The notes under the pieces were generated by a model. It saw only the letters and a program-made list of their open reading frames with translations, was not told the origin of the DNA and searched no databases. 64,000 nt of DNA from an uncultured virus (IMG/VR IMGVR_UViG_3300009128_001768) (Duplodnaviria > Heunggongvirae > Uroviricota > Caudoviricetes), in IMG/VR virus record IMGVR_UViG_3300009128_001768, positions 1 through 64,000 of that record; one strand, given 5' to 3'. Positions within the stretch are counted from its first letter, which is position 1, and each line of letters begins with the position of its first letter. The translations under genes and the position numbers were made by a program. Below, in pieces: positions 46,539 to 56,466 of this stretch.

Positions 46539-48958
46539 CAAAAATCTAAACGCACTCGAACCATAAATCGATCATCCTCTCTTTTTACTATAGCTTGAGC
46601 GAAGTTCGATTTACATATAACATTAAGATTTTCATCGAGTAAGTTTACATTTGTAACATATGCGAATGATGAATTTAAGTCTGCATCAAGATCTGATGGG
46701 TTCAGGTCTTTATACGTTGGATTTTCAGACCTGTTTAAAGAGTTTGCGTCCGCAGGGATATTCATCTGAAGGACGTAGATGTGCTGTTGGCCGGCCATTC
46801 TAATATCAAATTGATCGGTTCCAAAATATGGGATTGTGGGAGTCTTTACAACTGCTAGGCCCTCATCATATAATAGCGTGCCAGCAGATGACCACACTGG
46901 ATGGCTCCCTGTACAGTCGGCCCGATATAGGCTACCACGCTTGTTATCTTTTAATGTAATTCGTACCCGACCTCCCGAGCCAGTTACGCTTGAGTCAGTT
47001 AAAACATAAGAACCGGGATCAATTTTGTTTCCATAAAAAAGATTACTAGCATCAAAAAACACAACTTCATTCGATGTTGGGTCTTTTGTTCTATTAAAAA
47101 TCGTTAATACAGAACCAGCAGGGAGAGATGGGTCATCTGGGGAAGAACCTGCTAGAAAAGCAGATATCGAGTTAGGATCATCGGAATTTAAGAGTCCTGG
47201 AAAAGAATCAGACCCTGTACTTAATAGATTGTTCAATGATACCATACTGAGCGATCTTACCCCAAGATCATCCACGAACAAACTTAAGCTTGCTGACCCA
47301 GATGGTGCTGTTTGTTCTAGCAAAGAAAAATTCGGAAGTAATCGACCGTTATCGCAAGGTAATACAGTGAGGTTTCGCTTTCTTACACTACCTGTTGCGA
47401 ATAAAAATCCGTTTGCGCTAACCCAGTCTGTCGACTCGTCAATTGTCGATCCCGATAGAGCCATCAGTCGAGGAAATGAGCCTCTTACAAATTCTTTAAC
47501 AAAATTTTCTAAATTTAGATAATGACCGCCAACGCCGAAAGATAGCGCAACATTAAATGGGTCGTTTGTATTACCTACTGCTGTTTGAAAGGGTGTTTGA
47601 AATATCTCGCGAGTCCTTGTATCTTTCACAAAGAAGGGAGGTACATAAAACATGAGGTTTGGTTCTTTCTTAATGTCCTCAACGCCGTAAAGGCTGGCAG
47701 ACATAATATCTTCATCATCGCGGTAAGCGTCATAAATTTTCAGCTCATGTAATTCGGCATTTAGTGGATGTCTAAACACAAAATAATTTGGGTCTTCGCC
47801 ATCAAAATCACCAGCAGAAATTAATCCGTCACGGGTTGCGATTGTATCATTAAAGAATTGTGCAATTAACCCACCGCCTACTCCGTAAGTAGAATTTGTT
47901 CCCTCATAAAAATTACCAACAAACAATGCATCAGGATCACCAGCATTCTCATGTGAGCCTCCTATCCATTTTTGTGTCCAATCGGCTTGCTGCAGAAATG
48001 TCGGAACCAAATCAAACGTTCCCTTTTCTCCACCGTCGATGTAAAATGAGCCCGTTGAATCCTGGATATCTTCCGTGCCACCCCAGCGCACACAACAATA
48101 ATGCCAGGTATTTAATTTCAAAGAATTATCACTAGATAAAAACACTAGATCTTGCGGAGCTGGTCGAGCATTATTAGCAACATCAAGAGAGATTTCTGAC
48201 GGTGGTATATCTGCAGAGTGACTCAATTGCAACATTAGTCGGAAACCATCTGGAAATTCATCTACATTTTTAGAGCTTCCCGATACTAAAGATATCGCAT
48301 AACTGCTAGACATATGAAAAATTGTCCCTGCTGAATACGCTCCTCGTCTAGTTTCGCTCGTGTAGCGAGGGTTGATGTAAAATTCGAATGAAAAAGAACC
48401 AGAGGGTCTATATGTCGATGACACGTCGAACGAAGATGACGCAGGATATATCAAAACGGAATCAGATGGTACTTCAGACCCAGTAAAAAAATTCAATGTA
48501 TTGTAATTCGTAAATGCCCAATTACAAGCAGAGCCATATTTCGGTCGATAGAATGGAAATAAAACTTTTTCAATTACTCTCTTTCTTAGGGTATCGCTCG
48601 TAAATTTAAAGGATGGCTCAAATCGAAGCACCTCGACCTGCTTATCTCGCTTACCAGTGGTACTAGCAGAATGCACAGCCTCCATATAAGCGAGCACTGA
48701 CCCGGTGAAGGGGCCGGTACCCCCGGCTGTAAAATATTCGACAGCTTCTAGTCGAGCGGTCTCCAAGCTTTGTGCAATTGGAGCTCCGTCTTCTTCACCA
48801 CTATCAGCGGGAATTTCTTTCATCCCCAATGATGTAAGCGGAAATACCTTGACAGATCCAGTTGCACCGCTTACAGACGAAGACACAAAGGTTCGTTTAG
48901 GCTTTGTTAAGATCTTAAACGAATCGAAGTAAGTCTTGTCGAGCTTAAAGAGGGCCAC
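46538..48958 (-). CDS. Virion structural protein with LamG-like domain and tail-collar-like C-terminus
   Basis: SFSFEFYINP, NTWHYCCVRW, FYIDG and ELKIYD form a LamG/ConA pattern. C-terminus YVTNVNLLDENLNVICKSNFAQAIVK...VRVRLDF. Confidence 0.6.
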   Translation of the reverse strand: MALFKLDKTYFDSFKILTKPKRTFVSSSVSGATGSVKVFPLTSLGMKEIPADSGEEDGAPIAQSLETARLEAVEYFTAGGTGPFTGSVLAYMEAVHSASTTGKRDKQVEVLRFEPSFKFTSDTLRKRVIEKVLFPFYRPKYGSACNWAFTNYNTLNFFTGSEVPSDSVLIYPASSSFDVSSTYRPSGSFSFEFYINPRYTSETRRGAYSAGTIFHMSSSYAISLVSGSSKNVDEFPDGFRLMLQLSHSADIPPSEISLDVANNARPAPQDLVFLSSDNSLKLNTWHYCCVRWGGTEDIQDSTGSFYIDGGEKGTFDLVPTFLQQADWTQKWIGGSHENAGDPDALFVGNFYEGTNSTYGVGGGLIAQFFNDTIATRDGLISAGDFDGEDPNYFVFRHPLNAELHELKIYDAYRDDEDIMSASLYGVEDIKKEPNLMFYVPPFFVKDTRTREIFQTPFQTAVGNTNDPFNVALSFGVGGHYLNLENFVKEFVRGSFPRLMALSGSTIDESTDWVSANGFLFATGSVRKRNLTVLPCDNGRLLPNFSLLEQTAPSGSASLSLFVDDLGVRSLSMVSLNNLLSTGSDSFPGLLNSDDPNSISAFLAGSSPDDPSLPAGSVLTIFNRTKDPTSNEVVFFDASNLFYGNKIDPGSYVLTDSSVTGSGGRVRITLKDNKRGSLYRADCTGSHPVWSSAGTLLYDEGLAVVKTPTIPYFGTDQFDIRMAGQQHIYVLQMNIPADANSLNRSENPTYKDLNPSDLDADLNSSFAYVTNVNLLDENLNVICKSNFAQAIVKREDDRFMVRVRLDF

Positions 48959-48966
48959 TCTTCCCC

Positions 48967-50223
48967 CTAGAAATCAAGCCTGATTCTTACCGTCAAATCC
49001 TTCTCATCATTCTTTTCTATTGGACGTGATAATTTTGCGACAGCAAGAAGGTTATCATTCGCGTCGTAAAGGCCCACTGTTGTTATGAACGAAAAAGAAC
49101 GTTGTACATCTTCTTGACCCTCATCTATTACAACAATCCTGTTTGTGGTATCGGTATACGTGGGATTTGAAGAATAGTTGAATTCATCAGCTGTAGCGCG
49201 ACAGAATAGCAACGTAGAATTGATATTCGTATTATTTTGGAAGGTCTGTGCTGTAAGAGAACCAGAGCTAAAGCGGCAACTCATAAAGTGGTCAAGAATA
49301 TCATCAATACTCGCAGACACCATCAGATCGGGAACAAACTTTATTGTTCCGACACCGGTACCCGGTCCACCTATAGTCGTCATCCCAGTAGGAATGTTAT
49401 AGGAACCCGCCGTGCTTCCGTCAATCGTGATGCCAGCAGGTCCTGTTGTTATACCATCGCGCATTCCCGAGATAACGCCCCACACAGCTTGGCTCGAGCT
49501 GATTACACGATCGACATTCAACACAATGGCACCTGCGTCGTAGAACACTAACCCAACATTATCTGTCGTGTCAGCAGCATTAACCAAATTACCAACCTCG
49601 CCGCCAAACGTACGACGACGATTTGATGCAGCACCAAAGTCAGTATAAATTCGTTCATCAAGCTCTGATGTAGAATTTAAGTTTTGAATAACGTTTGCAT
49701 TAGAAGCTGAATAGTGCATCCGCATCGCAAACGTCTCACGCTTAATTTTATCACGCGTGAACAAACGCTTGAATGAAATAAACAATGCAGAATCCACAAT
49801 ATCAGTTGTAGCTGCGCTTCCAAACGGTGTAACGAAAGCGGATTCTGCGCTACCCAACAAGTTAGCTGCATATTGCTGGTATATATCCATCTTTTCTCTC
49901 ATCATCATTGATTGAGAGGGGAACAAATATTTACCAGCACTATCGATACCGGTGGAAGATGAAACAACAGTGGAACCCGCCGCGTACAAACCGACAGTGG
50001 TATCAAAAATTGCATTAGCCGTCTGAAGAGAGAAATCCTGATCGTATACTGTGTGGTATAGAGATGAAGTCACCCCTGGGCCAATGCCGCCAGTAACAAA
50101 TAACTGATATTTTTTTCGTGTCGCAGAACCAGATATGTCTTCTTGAATTACATCTACTAGCTGGTTTAATACAGATCTGGATGTTTTTACGTCTGCTGCT
50201 GATATCTCTTTAAATGTCGCCAC
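48967..50223 (-). CDS. Virion structural protein (baseplate/collar), C-terminally paralogous to 46538-48958
   Basis: EFNYSSNPTY...FITTVGLYDANDNLLAVAKLSRPIEK...VRIRLDF. Confidence 0.65.
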   Translation of the reverse strand: MATFKEISAADVKTSRSVLNQLVDVIQEDISGSATRKKYQLFVTGGIGPGVTSSLYHTVYDQDFSLQTANAIFDTTVGLYAAGSTVVSSSTGIDSAGKYLFPSQSMMMREKMDIYQQYAANLLGSAESAFVTPFGSAATTDIVDSALFISFKRLFTRDKIKRETFAMRMHYSASNANVIQNLNSTSELDERIYTDFGAASNRRRTFGGEVGNLVNAADTTDNVGLVFYDAGAIVLNVDRVISSSQAVWGVISGMRDGITTGPAGITIDGSTAGSYNIPTGMTTIGGPGTGVGTIKFVPDLMVSASIDDILDHFMSCRFSSGSLTAQTFQNNTNINSTLLFCRATADEFNYSSNPTYTDTTNRIVVIDEGQEDVQRSFSFITTVGLYDANDNLLAVAKLSRPIEKNDEKDLTVRIRLDF

Positions 50224-50234
50224 TTTTTCTTACC

Positions 50235-50942
50235 TCACTTCTCTATTGCGACGGTCAATTCAGACACAACACCCGACTGTACGCCGGTTACCTGCACGGT
50301 AGAAGATATTTGTGATTTATTGTCTGCGTCGCCGTAATAGTCAAATACGCTATCAGATATGGATCTCGTTTTTATAGTTAAAGACAACTGCGAACCGCCA
50401 ATGCTTGTTGTCGTGCTGTCTCTAGTCACGATGTATGTTGCAATATCATCGGAGTCAATTGAATCCGGAGTATTGTCTGAGCCGTCGAGCTCCAAGAAAC
50501 GATAAGGCAGTTTCACAATAAATGCCTGGTCCCTCAACTCTGGATCGATTGTATTTTCATCAGACACATTCTGGCTCAGCGTAATTGCTTGAGATGCAGT
50601 GCTACCTGTTCTCTTAAAGGTCATCTTTCCAGAAGAAACGTCTCCTGTAATCGACACACCAGGTAATTTAATCAAGGTGGGGTTTGAAAGGCTGAGCAGT
50701 TTATTCTTCAAAGCAAAATTCTGATTCGTTTGTGCTTCAAAGACGGGGGTATTTTTCTCTATCTTTTCTTTACCTACCGTACGACCAAATTTCTTAATAG
50801 TCGCATAATCAACTTCATCATCACCAAGCGCAAATTTTACAATCGAAAAACTTCCGTCATTTCTCGCCAGGAGCTGTCTTCCGTAATCTGTTAAAACTGC
50901 ATCGACAATGATATTGTTGGTGCTATTGTCTAAAAATCCCAT
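50235..50942 (-). CDS. Virion structural protein (baseplate/collar)
   Basis: N-terminal VDAVLTDYGRQLLA...IVKFALGDDEVDY. Has a GGAG SD and an upstream ATAATTA motif. Confidence 0.65.
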   Translation of the reverse strand: MGFLDNSTNNIIVDAVLTDYGRQLLARNDGSFSIVKFALGDDEVDYATIKKFGRTVGKEKIEKNTPVFEAQTNQNFALKNKLLSLSNPTLIKLPGVSITGDVSSGKMTFKRTGSTASQAITLSQNVSDENTIDPELRDQAFIVKLPYRFLELDGSDNTPDSIDSDDIATYIVTRDSTTTSIGGSQLSLTIKTRSISDSVFDYYGDADNKSQISSTVQVTGVQSGVVSELTVAIEK

Positions 50943-50996
50943 AATATTATCTCCACACGTCCACGTTTAATTATAGCATAAATAAAATGGCGTAAA

Positions 50997-52790
50997 TTAA
51001 CTCCCCTCTATCTCAGAAGAAAATTGTGATTTCGCGGCAGGTGTCGTGTTTTCTAACCGACTTTCATCAATTGTAACGTTGATCTGTGCCTCGTCTAATC
51101 TGTCTACATTTATTAATTGAAACACATACTTTGATAACGGATCAATCGAAGTTGTACAAAACGCTGGAATATCTTCTCCTGAGCCCCGTGTTAATGTATA
51201 CGCTTCTGGGTCAAAATAAATCGAAAGATTGCTATGCGAGCTATCTTTCATAGAATCCACAAAGAAATTTTCCTTCAAATACCAATTCGGGTATTGCTTC
51301 GGCGCGCCGGCGTACGAAACAAACTCTTTTGTAATTCTATTTTTGGACTCGCTAAATGAAACCCTTATCTGGGTTGAGTATTCTGACGTTAACTGCCTCG
51401 CATCAATAACCACTAGAGCATAAATATACGTTTTTGTCTTATCAAATTCAGGGTCGATGTAATACGTCGGCATATGCAGGGTGGCTTGTATCAAATCAGG
51501 ATCAATCGTTTCCTTGCTCGATGTTCTTATCACCGAATCATCCCAATCGTAATGTGCCAACAACTGAAAGGGCTCATTAATCGTTGTTCGTCGAAAAACC
51601 TGTAGGTACTTGACATCACGCTGGGGATTAACAGGGGGAGCCCATGTCACAGAAAGATTGTCGTCATCATAATTGTAATAAAAATTAATATCATTTGGCG
51701 GCTCCGGACGACGATTTTCTGTTATTGTTGTCTTTGATATTGACGCAGGCCGTGAGGCCAGCAAGAATGTTCCAATAAAAACTTCACCACTATCGTAATC
51801 AGTAAGGGGAATACGAAATTTCGCAATCGTTCTTGCGCTATATTCATACGTCATTCCATACGCAACCTCAGAATCATAGGCTGTCCTAATATTTGAGCCA
51901 AGAGCTATAACAGGTGACATTGGATATCTTTTCCCCTTATAGAGCCTTGTTTTCTCAAACACAAATCCCACCACATCAGCTTGAGCAACAAAGTTTGCAT
52001 CGTCCGTTAGCTCCACATCTATAAACGGCACATCAAATAAATACTCAGCATTGCTAACATACTCATTTAAATCTGGTTGGATTGCATCAACCGCTGAACA
52101 AAATTTATGTGTTGTATCATCAAGCCGCAAAGAATTTCCTACCTCGGCAGCTTTACGAAGCAATGGCGGAACGTAACTTGTATTTAGTACGCCGACCACA
52201 TACTCGCGCTTTTCTTTTTCGAAAAAAACAGTTTCTGTTGTTGCCTCATCTGATTTAAGCGATGGGGGCAATAACGATTCTAATAGGTCTGAGTCTACTT
52301 CACTTTCTTCAGACAGCATATTCAGTAATTCTAGTGGAGATGCCTCTTCTTCACCAAAACTGGTAAGTCTCCTACGAAAGAAGTTTTCTAAATTCGTCTG
52401 CAATTGCTCATTAGAAAAAACGTAAGAATCAAAATCCATCCCAGCGGCTTGAGTCTCTGTATATATCTTTCCTTCATCAAGCGCTTTCTTAATTTCGTCC
52501 CTTGTCGACTTAATAGCGCTGTTCCTGGTCGCTAGCATGCTTTTCGGGCTGTCTTGAACCCCAAACTCAAGCGTAACATATCGTGGAATTCGAGCGTTTA
52601 GATTAGTAATATCGACTGTTCCCTTTTGTAAAAACCTGGTGGAAAGATTCCCATTAACTGCCTCAGCACCAGTTTCGTTTATTTTTTCGTCAGAAACGAA
52701 GAAATTATAGGAAAACCCTGCGGTTAGTGATGTGACTTCTGGTACATCAAAAAAATGGAGCGGTCGACTTACAATTGATTCACTACTCAT
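50997..52790 (-). CDS. Putative structural protein with FN3/Ig-like segments
   Basis: 597 aa. PEPPNDI...LSVTWAPP...YLQVFRR...YIYALV is an FN3-like pattern. Confidence 0.55.
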   Translation of the reverse strand: MSSESIVSRPLHFFDVPEVTSLTAGFSYNFFVSDEKINETGAEAVNGNLSTRFLQKGTVDITNLNARIPRYVTLEFGVQDSPKSMLATRNSAIKSTRDEIKKALDEGKIYTETQAAGMDFDSYVFSNEQLQTNLENFFRRRLTSFGEEEASPLELLNMLSEESEVDSDLLESLLPPSLKSDEATTETVFFEKEKREYVVGVLNTSYVPPLLRKAAEVGNSLRLDDTTHKFCSAVDAIQPDLNEYVSNAEYLFDVPFIDVELTDDANFVAQADVVGFVFEKTRLYKGKRYPMSPVIALGSNIRTAYDSEVAYGMTYEYSARTIAKFRIPLTDYDSGEVFIGTFLLASRPASISKTTITENRRPEPPNDINFYYNYDDDNLSVTWAPPVNPQRDVKYLQVFRRTTINEPFQLLAHYDWDDSVIRTSSKETIDPDLIQATLHMPTYYIDPEFDKTKTYIYALVVIDARQLTSEYSTQIRVSFSESKNRITKEFVSYAGAPKQYPNWYLKENFFVDSMKDSSHSNLSIYFDPEAYTLTRGSGEDIPAFCTTSIDPLSKYVFQLINVDRLDEAQINVTIDESRLENTTPAAKSQFSSEIEGS

Positions 52791-55700
52791 CCTCTTCTCC
52801 AGTCGTCTCTTCTGGTAACGCTATCGTTACTCGAAAAGTTGCCAGTTCAACACCCTGTGATGTCTCTAAACCGATGCCCACCTCTTCTTGAGCTATTGTC
52901 AATTGGCCGTTAATCATATTTTCAATCGCAGCATCATCACCAGAAGTTTCTTCTTCTATTTCGAAATCATAGGGATCAAATGGAATCAGCACAATATTCT
53001 CAAATTTGCTTCCCAGAGTTAAGCGATCTGATATTGTCTCAGTATTAGCAACCGCTCCAATCGCACTTAAATATTCCCAGACAGAGAATGCAATAACATC
53101 TCCATTAAAATCAATCTCTAAATCAAGCGTTGCATTCGAACTATCATACCAACTAAACGAAGCGAGCGTCCGTTCAGAAGGATCAAATGCCAAATTGCTG
53201 CCAGACAAAAAATTTAATGATTCTGTGTCAAGACCCTCTGCGAAGGGTAAGCGTACTGTCTTCTCCATCAGCTTAGAAGTTCCAGCATCATCAGGGGGAT
53301 AATTCGCAGGCGAGAAGTCAACGTCATACAGAAGCGACGAGTATATTTTCAATACTTCACTTATTTTTAAATTTTCAATGTGCGACGATGTAACATTTCC
53401 ACTGTCTATTTCCAAAAGATCACATTCAGTCATTGTATTTTCTACCATCGAATTATCAAAGACCGAATAATTTGCTTCCACCACACCATCGCTCACGGAC
53501 GAAACGGAAGTAAAGCGAAGATTTCTAGGAAACGAAAAAACTTTTTCTTTAAATTTCAGCATCGGTCTTGTCAAGTCAATCTTCTCAATTTGGACTTCAA
53601 ATATGTCAGTTAACAGAGCGGAAGACTCCCTAGACGTATCCTCTAGTGAAACCGGTATGTTATACAACGCGTCACACATACCAGAAGTTAATGCAATAGC
53701 CATAAACTTCTTGGGCTCAGAAAATATTTCATCTTTCATCATGCTAGAAAAGAATGTTAGCGCATCATTGCTCAGGGCTGGATCTCTAGTCCTTATTCCG
53801 GAAAATGTTGAAAAATCAGAATTATAGCTAGAAACAAACCCACTTAAGGTCATAGCTAGATCGCTTGCTACCGGGAGACCCTCTTGGATCCGATTTCGTA
53901 ATGTCAAAACTTCCGAAGATGCATCAGTGTCGGTAGAGAGGGCAGTTTGTAAGCCCTCAAAGGCTATCGCGGTATTATCTAAAAATTCAGAAAACGTAGC
54001 AGGCACCGTTGCGACAAGCGCTTCCTCCTGTACTAAGCTATCTGCCACGCGACCTAAAGTATCCGACACTGCGGCGAGTTCGTCCAAGTCAACTTCCTCT
54101 TGAAAAGCGTCGATGAGCCCTTCACTAAGGTCTGTTAATTTCTCAGAATCCAGCGTGATATCCATACCGGGTACTGCCATTGTATCGTTTACAGCTGGCG
54201 AATAGCAGCCCTGCGCAGCGAACATCTGCATTTTTGTTATGCACATGAAAAAAGCTATTTCGATATTTCCCCGAGGAATACCAGAATATGTAGAAGCTTC
54301 ACCGGTGAAACATGAACCATCGGCCGACGAAAACATTTCAATAAAATCGTCAAATATTGTTAATAGCGCTATAAAAATATCATCATCAGACGCAGAAGTA
54401 ACGAGCGATTGCAGCGTTAAGTACACGTTTGATTCAGTTAAAGTCGTTGATGAACCCAACACGCTGGTCGTAGTACCGGCGGATCCCAAACTGTCCAGAA
54501 GGAGGGCAGCTGTAGCTGCACAAATTTCAATATATCCACTTGAGAGAGCTGGGGTCGTAGTCTCAGTAGTCGTTGTAATCGGAGCCAACGTCATCGACGT
54601 TACCAATTTTGAGGATGCTGCAGAAGTTTCAGCGATTACAGTACTATTTGTTACAGCAGTAACGAGAGTGGCGCCTACATTCGATGAGGTAGAGGTCGCT
54701 GGTACTCTTCGCGTCTTCGTTGATGCGACGGGCATGCTCAGCGTAACTGCGCCAATTGATCTGGTTGGAGAAAAAGAAGAGACTTTTTTCGTTGAAGATG
54801 TTGCGAGTGGCGCTACGGTTACGCTTGTATCAACACTCGCCTTGCTAGACGTACTAGTCGATCTAGTAGGCGTTGACGCAAGTGATCCAACAACTTTTGC
54901 ACGCTGGGCTGTCTTCAGACTACTCTCGGTCGATGGTCTAGAAAGCTCTTCTTTTAATGCAGCCAAAAACAACATCAATTGAGCTAACATTTTTTGGTCT
55001 GAACCAGATATAGCCAACAAGAGAAACTCAATCACGTCTTTTCGCGCGGGAGATTTTTTTGCAACCAAATCCAACAGCGGCACAATAACATCTTGGATTA
55101 CTAAAATAAATGCGCCGACAGAAGGAGCATAATCAGAAGAAAAATCAGCAGTATCTAAAAATGCCGCTGTAATGGAAAGCGCAGTTTTTCCGTGAGAAGC
55201 TATTTCGGCATAGGTGTTTGAAGAAGAATTTAAAATCTTGTTCCTGATTATATCTGGAGCAGAATCAAAGAATATACCGGAATCGTCTGGAAGAATGTCA
55301 CGGGGCTCAAAGGGAAACGAAAAAGTATATCTCCCATCATCGCCATGAGCGAACATCCGTAAACCAAGATAATTAAAACTAGCGTTCTTGCCGGGCATAA
55401 TTGAATTATTGTTCAATCTAACTTCTAGAGTCGATGCGGCAGATTGATTTGTTCCTAATTTTGAGGCATTATAAGAAAGCTTGAGCTCAGAGCTTATTTG
55501 ATATATTAAAACCTTAAGGGCGATTTCATGATCTTCGCCCAAAACCGCATCTAAAAAATCAAACGCAGATGCGTTCTTTAGCACATCTTTAAGGGAAGTT
55601 ATTGCAGGGGGCTTGTCAGGTAAACTAGATCCGTCTGACGGGATTTCTCGCTCTTCTGATTCGAGGAGTCGAGGAGAACAATTGTCAACAGAAAGCGCGT

Positions 55701-56466
55701 AGTCACGTAAAATAGTAAGCAATAATTGAGTATTCGAAACCTCACCAATAGACTCATTAGCTAAAGAAAGAAAACTAACTACGTCATCTAAAATACTAAA
55801 ATTTGAAGCATCCAAACTTTTTAAGAAAGCTGCACGCTGGCTGATGTATTGGGAATATGTCTCTAAATACTCTAGATTCAGGGCTTCTTGCAAAGATATG
55901 TCAATGCCTTCCGGGAGATTTTCGATATTTAATACCTTGATTGCTCTATTAATTTTTAGAATATTTCCCACTGACGTTGCTTTTGTCCCTGTTGGATCAA
56001 GCGTCGGCAAAAAATCCATCATTCCCAGCACGACAGGGCGAAGCGTAGTATTGATTACAAGCGAATTATCTCTAGTCTCTGTCAATAATGCAGTAGAGCT
56101 TTTCTTAGACCCAATAGTTCTGGGGGCGGAGGGCGTACCACTTTTCTTCTTTCCTTGCTGTAATTGATACGCTTCTAGCCTCTGACGTTCGGCTTGCTGG
56201 TTTTTTTTCTCTATTCTATGTTGTTCAGCACTTTGGATAGGAGCCGCTGTTTTCCCCCTGGTACTTGTCGATGAACTTTTTGTCTTAGATAGCCTTGCAG
56301 CACGGCCTGATTTTGTCTTTTTTGTAGGCTCAACAGATGCAGCTCTTTTTATTATCGTAGTCTCTATTTTTTCTTCGCCCAATAATAACTCTGATAAGCT
56401 GATTATATCATCTTGGTCAACGCTCGTTAGCGGCGACAGATTAGCGTTGTCTAGTAGGCTTCCCAT
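52783..56466 (-). CDS. Large hypothetical protein with a Ser/Thr-rich linker
   Basis: 1227 aa ORF overlapping both neighbours. No recognisable catalytic motif. Confidence 0.75.
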   Translation of the reverse strand: MGSLLDNANLSPLTSVDQDDIISLSELLLGEEKIETTIIKRAASVEPTKKTKSGRAARLSKTKSSSTSTRGKTAAPIQSAEQHRIEKKNQQAERQRLEAYQLQQGKKKSGTPSAPRTIGSKKSSTALLTETRDNSLVINTTLRPVVLGMMDFLPTLDPTGTKATSVGNILKINRAIKVLNIENLPEGIDISLQEALNLEYLETYSQYISQRAAFLKSLDASNFSILDDVVSFLSLANESIGEVSNTQLLLTILRDYALSVDNCSPRLLESEEREIPSDGSSLPDKPPAITSLKDVLKNASAFDFLDAVLGEDHEIALKVLIYQISSELKLSYNASKLGTNQSAASTLEVRLNNNSIMPGKNASFNYLGLRMFAHGDDGRYTFSFPFEPRDILPDDSGIFFDSAPDIIRNKILNSSSNTYAEIASHGKTALSITAAFLDTADFSSDYAPSVGAFILVIQDVIVPLLDLVAKKSPARKDVIEFLLLAISGSDQKMLAQLMLFLAALKEELSRPSTESSLKTAQRAKVVGSLASTPTRSTSTSSKASVDTSVTVAPLATSSTKKVSSFSPTRSIGAVTLSMPVASTKTRRVPATSTSSNVGATLVTAVTNSTVIAETSAASSKLVTSMTLAPITTTTETTTPALSSGYIEICAATAALLLDSLGSAGTTTSVLGSSTTLTESNVYLTLQSLVTSASDDDIFIALLTIFDDFIEMFSSADGSCFTGEASTYSGIPRGNIEIAFFMCITKMQMFAAQGCYSPAVNDTMAVPGMDITLDSEKLTDLSEGLIDAFQEEVDLDELAAVSDTLGRVADSLVQEEALVATVPATFSEFLDNTAIAFEGLQTALSTDTDASSEVLTLRNRIQEGLPVASDLAMTLSGFVSSYNSDFSTFSGIRTRDPALSNDALTFFSSMMKDEIFSEPKKFMAIALTSGMCDALYNIPVSLEDTSRESSALLTDIFEVQIEKIDLTRPMLKFKEKVFSFPRNLRFTSVSSVSDGVVEANYSVFDNSMVENTMTECDLLEIDSGNVTSSHIENLKISEVLKIYSSLLYDVDFSPANYPPDDAGTSKLMEKTVRLPFAEGLDTESLNFLSGSNLAFDPSERTLASFSWYDSSNATLDLEIDFNGDVIAFSVWEYLSAIGAVANTETISDRLTLGSKFENIVLIPFDPYDFEIEEETSGDDAAIENMINGQLTIAQEEVGIGLETSQGVELATFRVTIALPEETTGEEDE

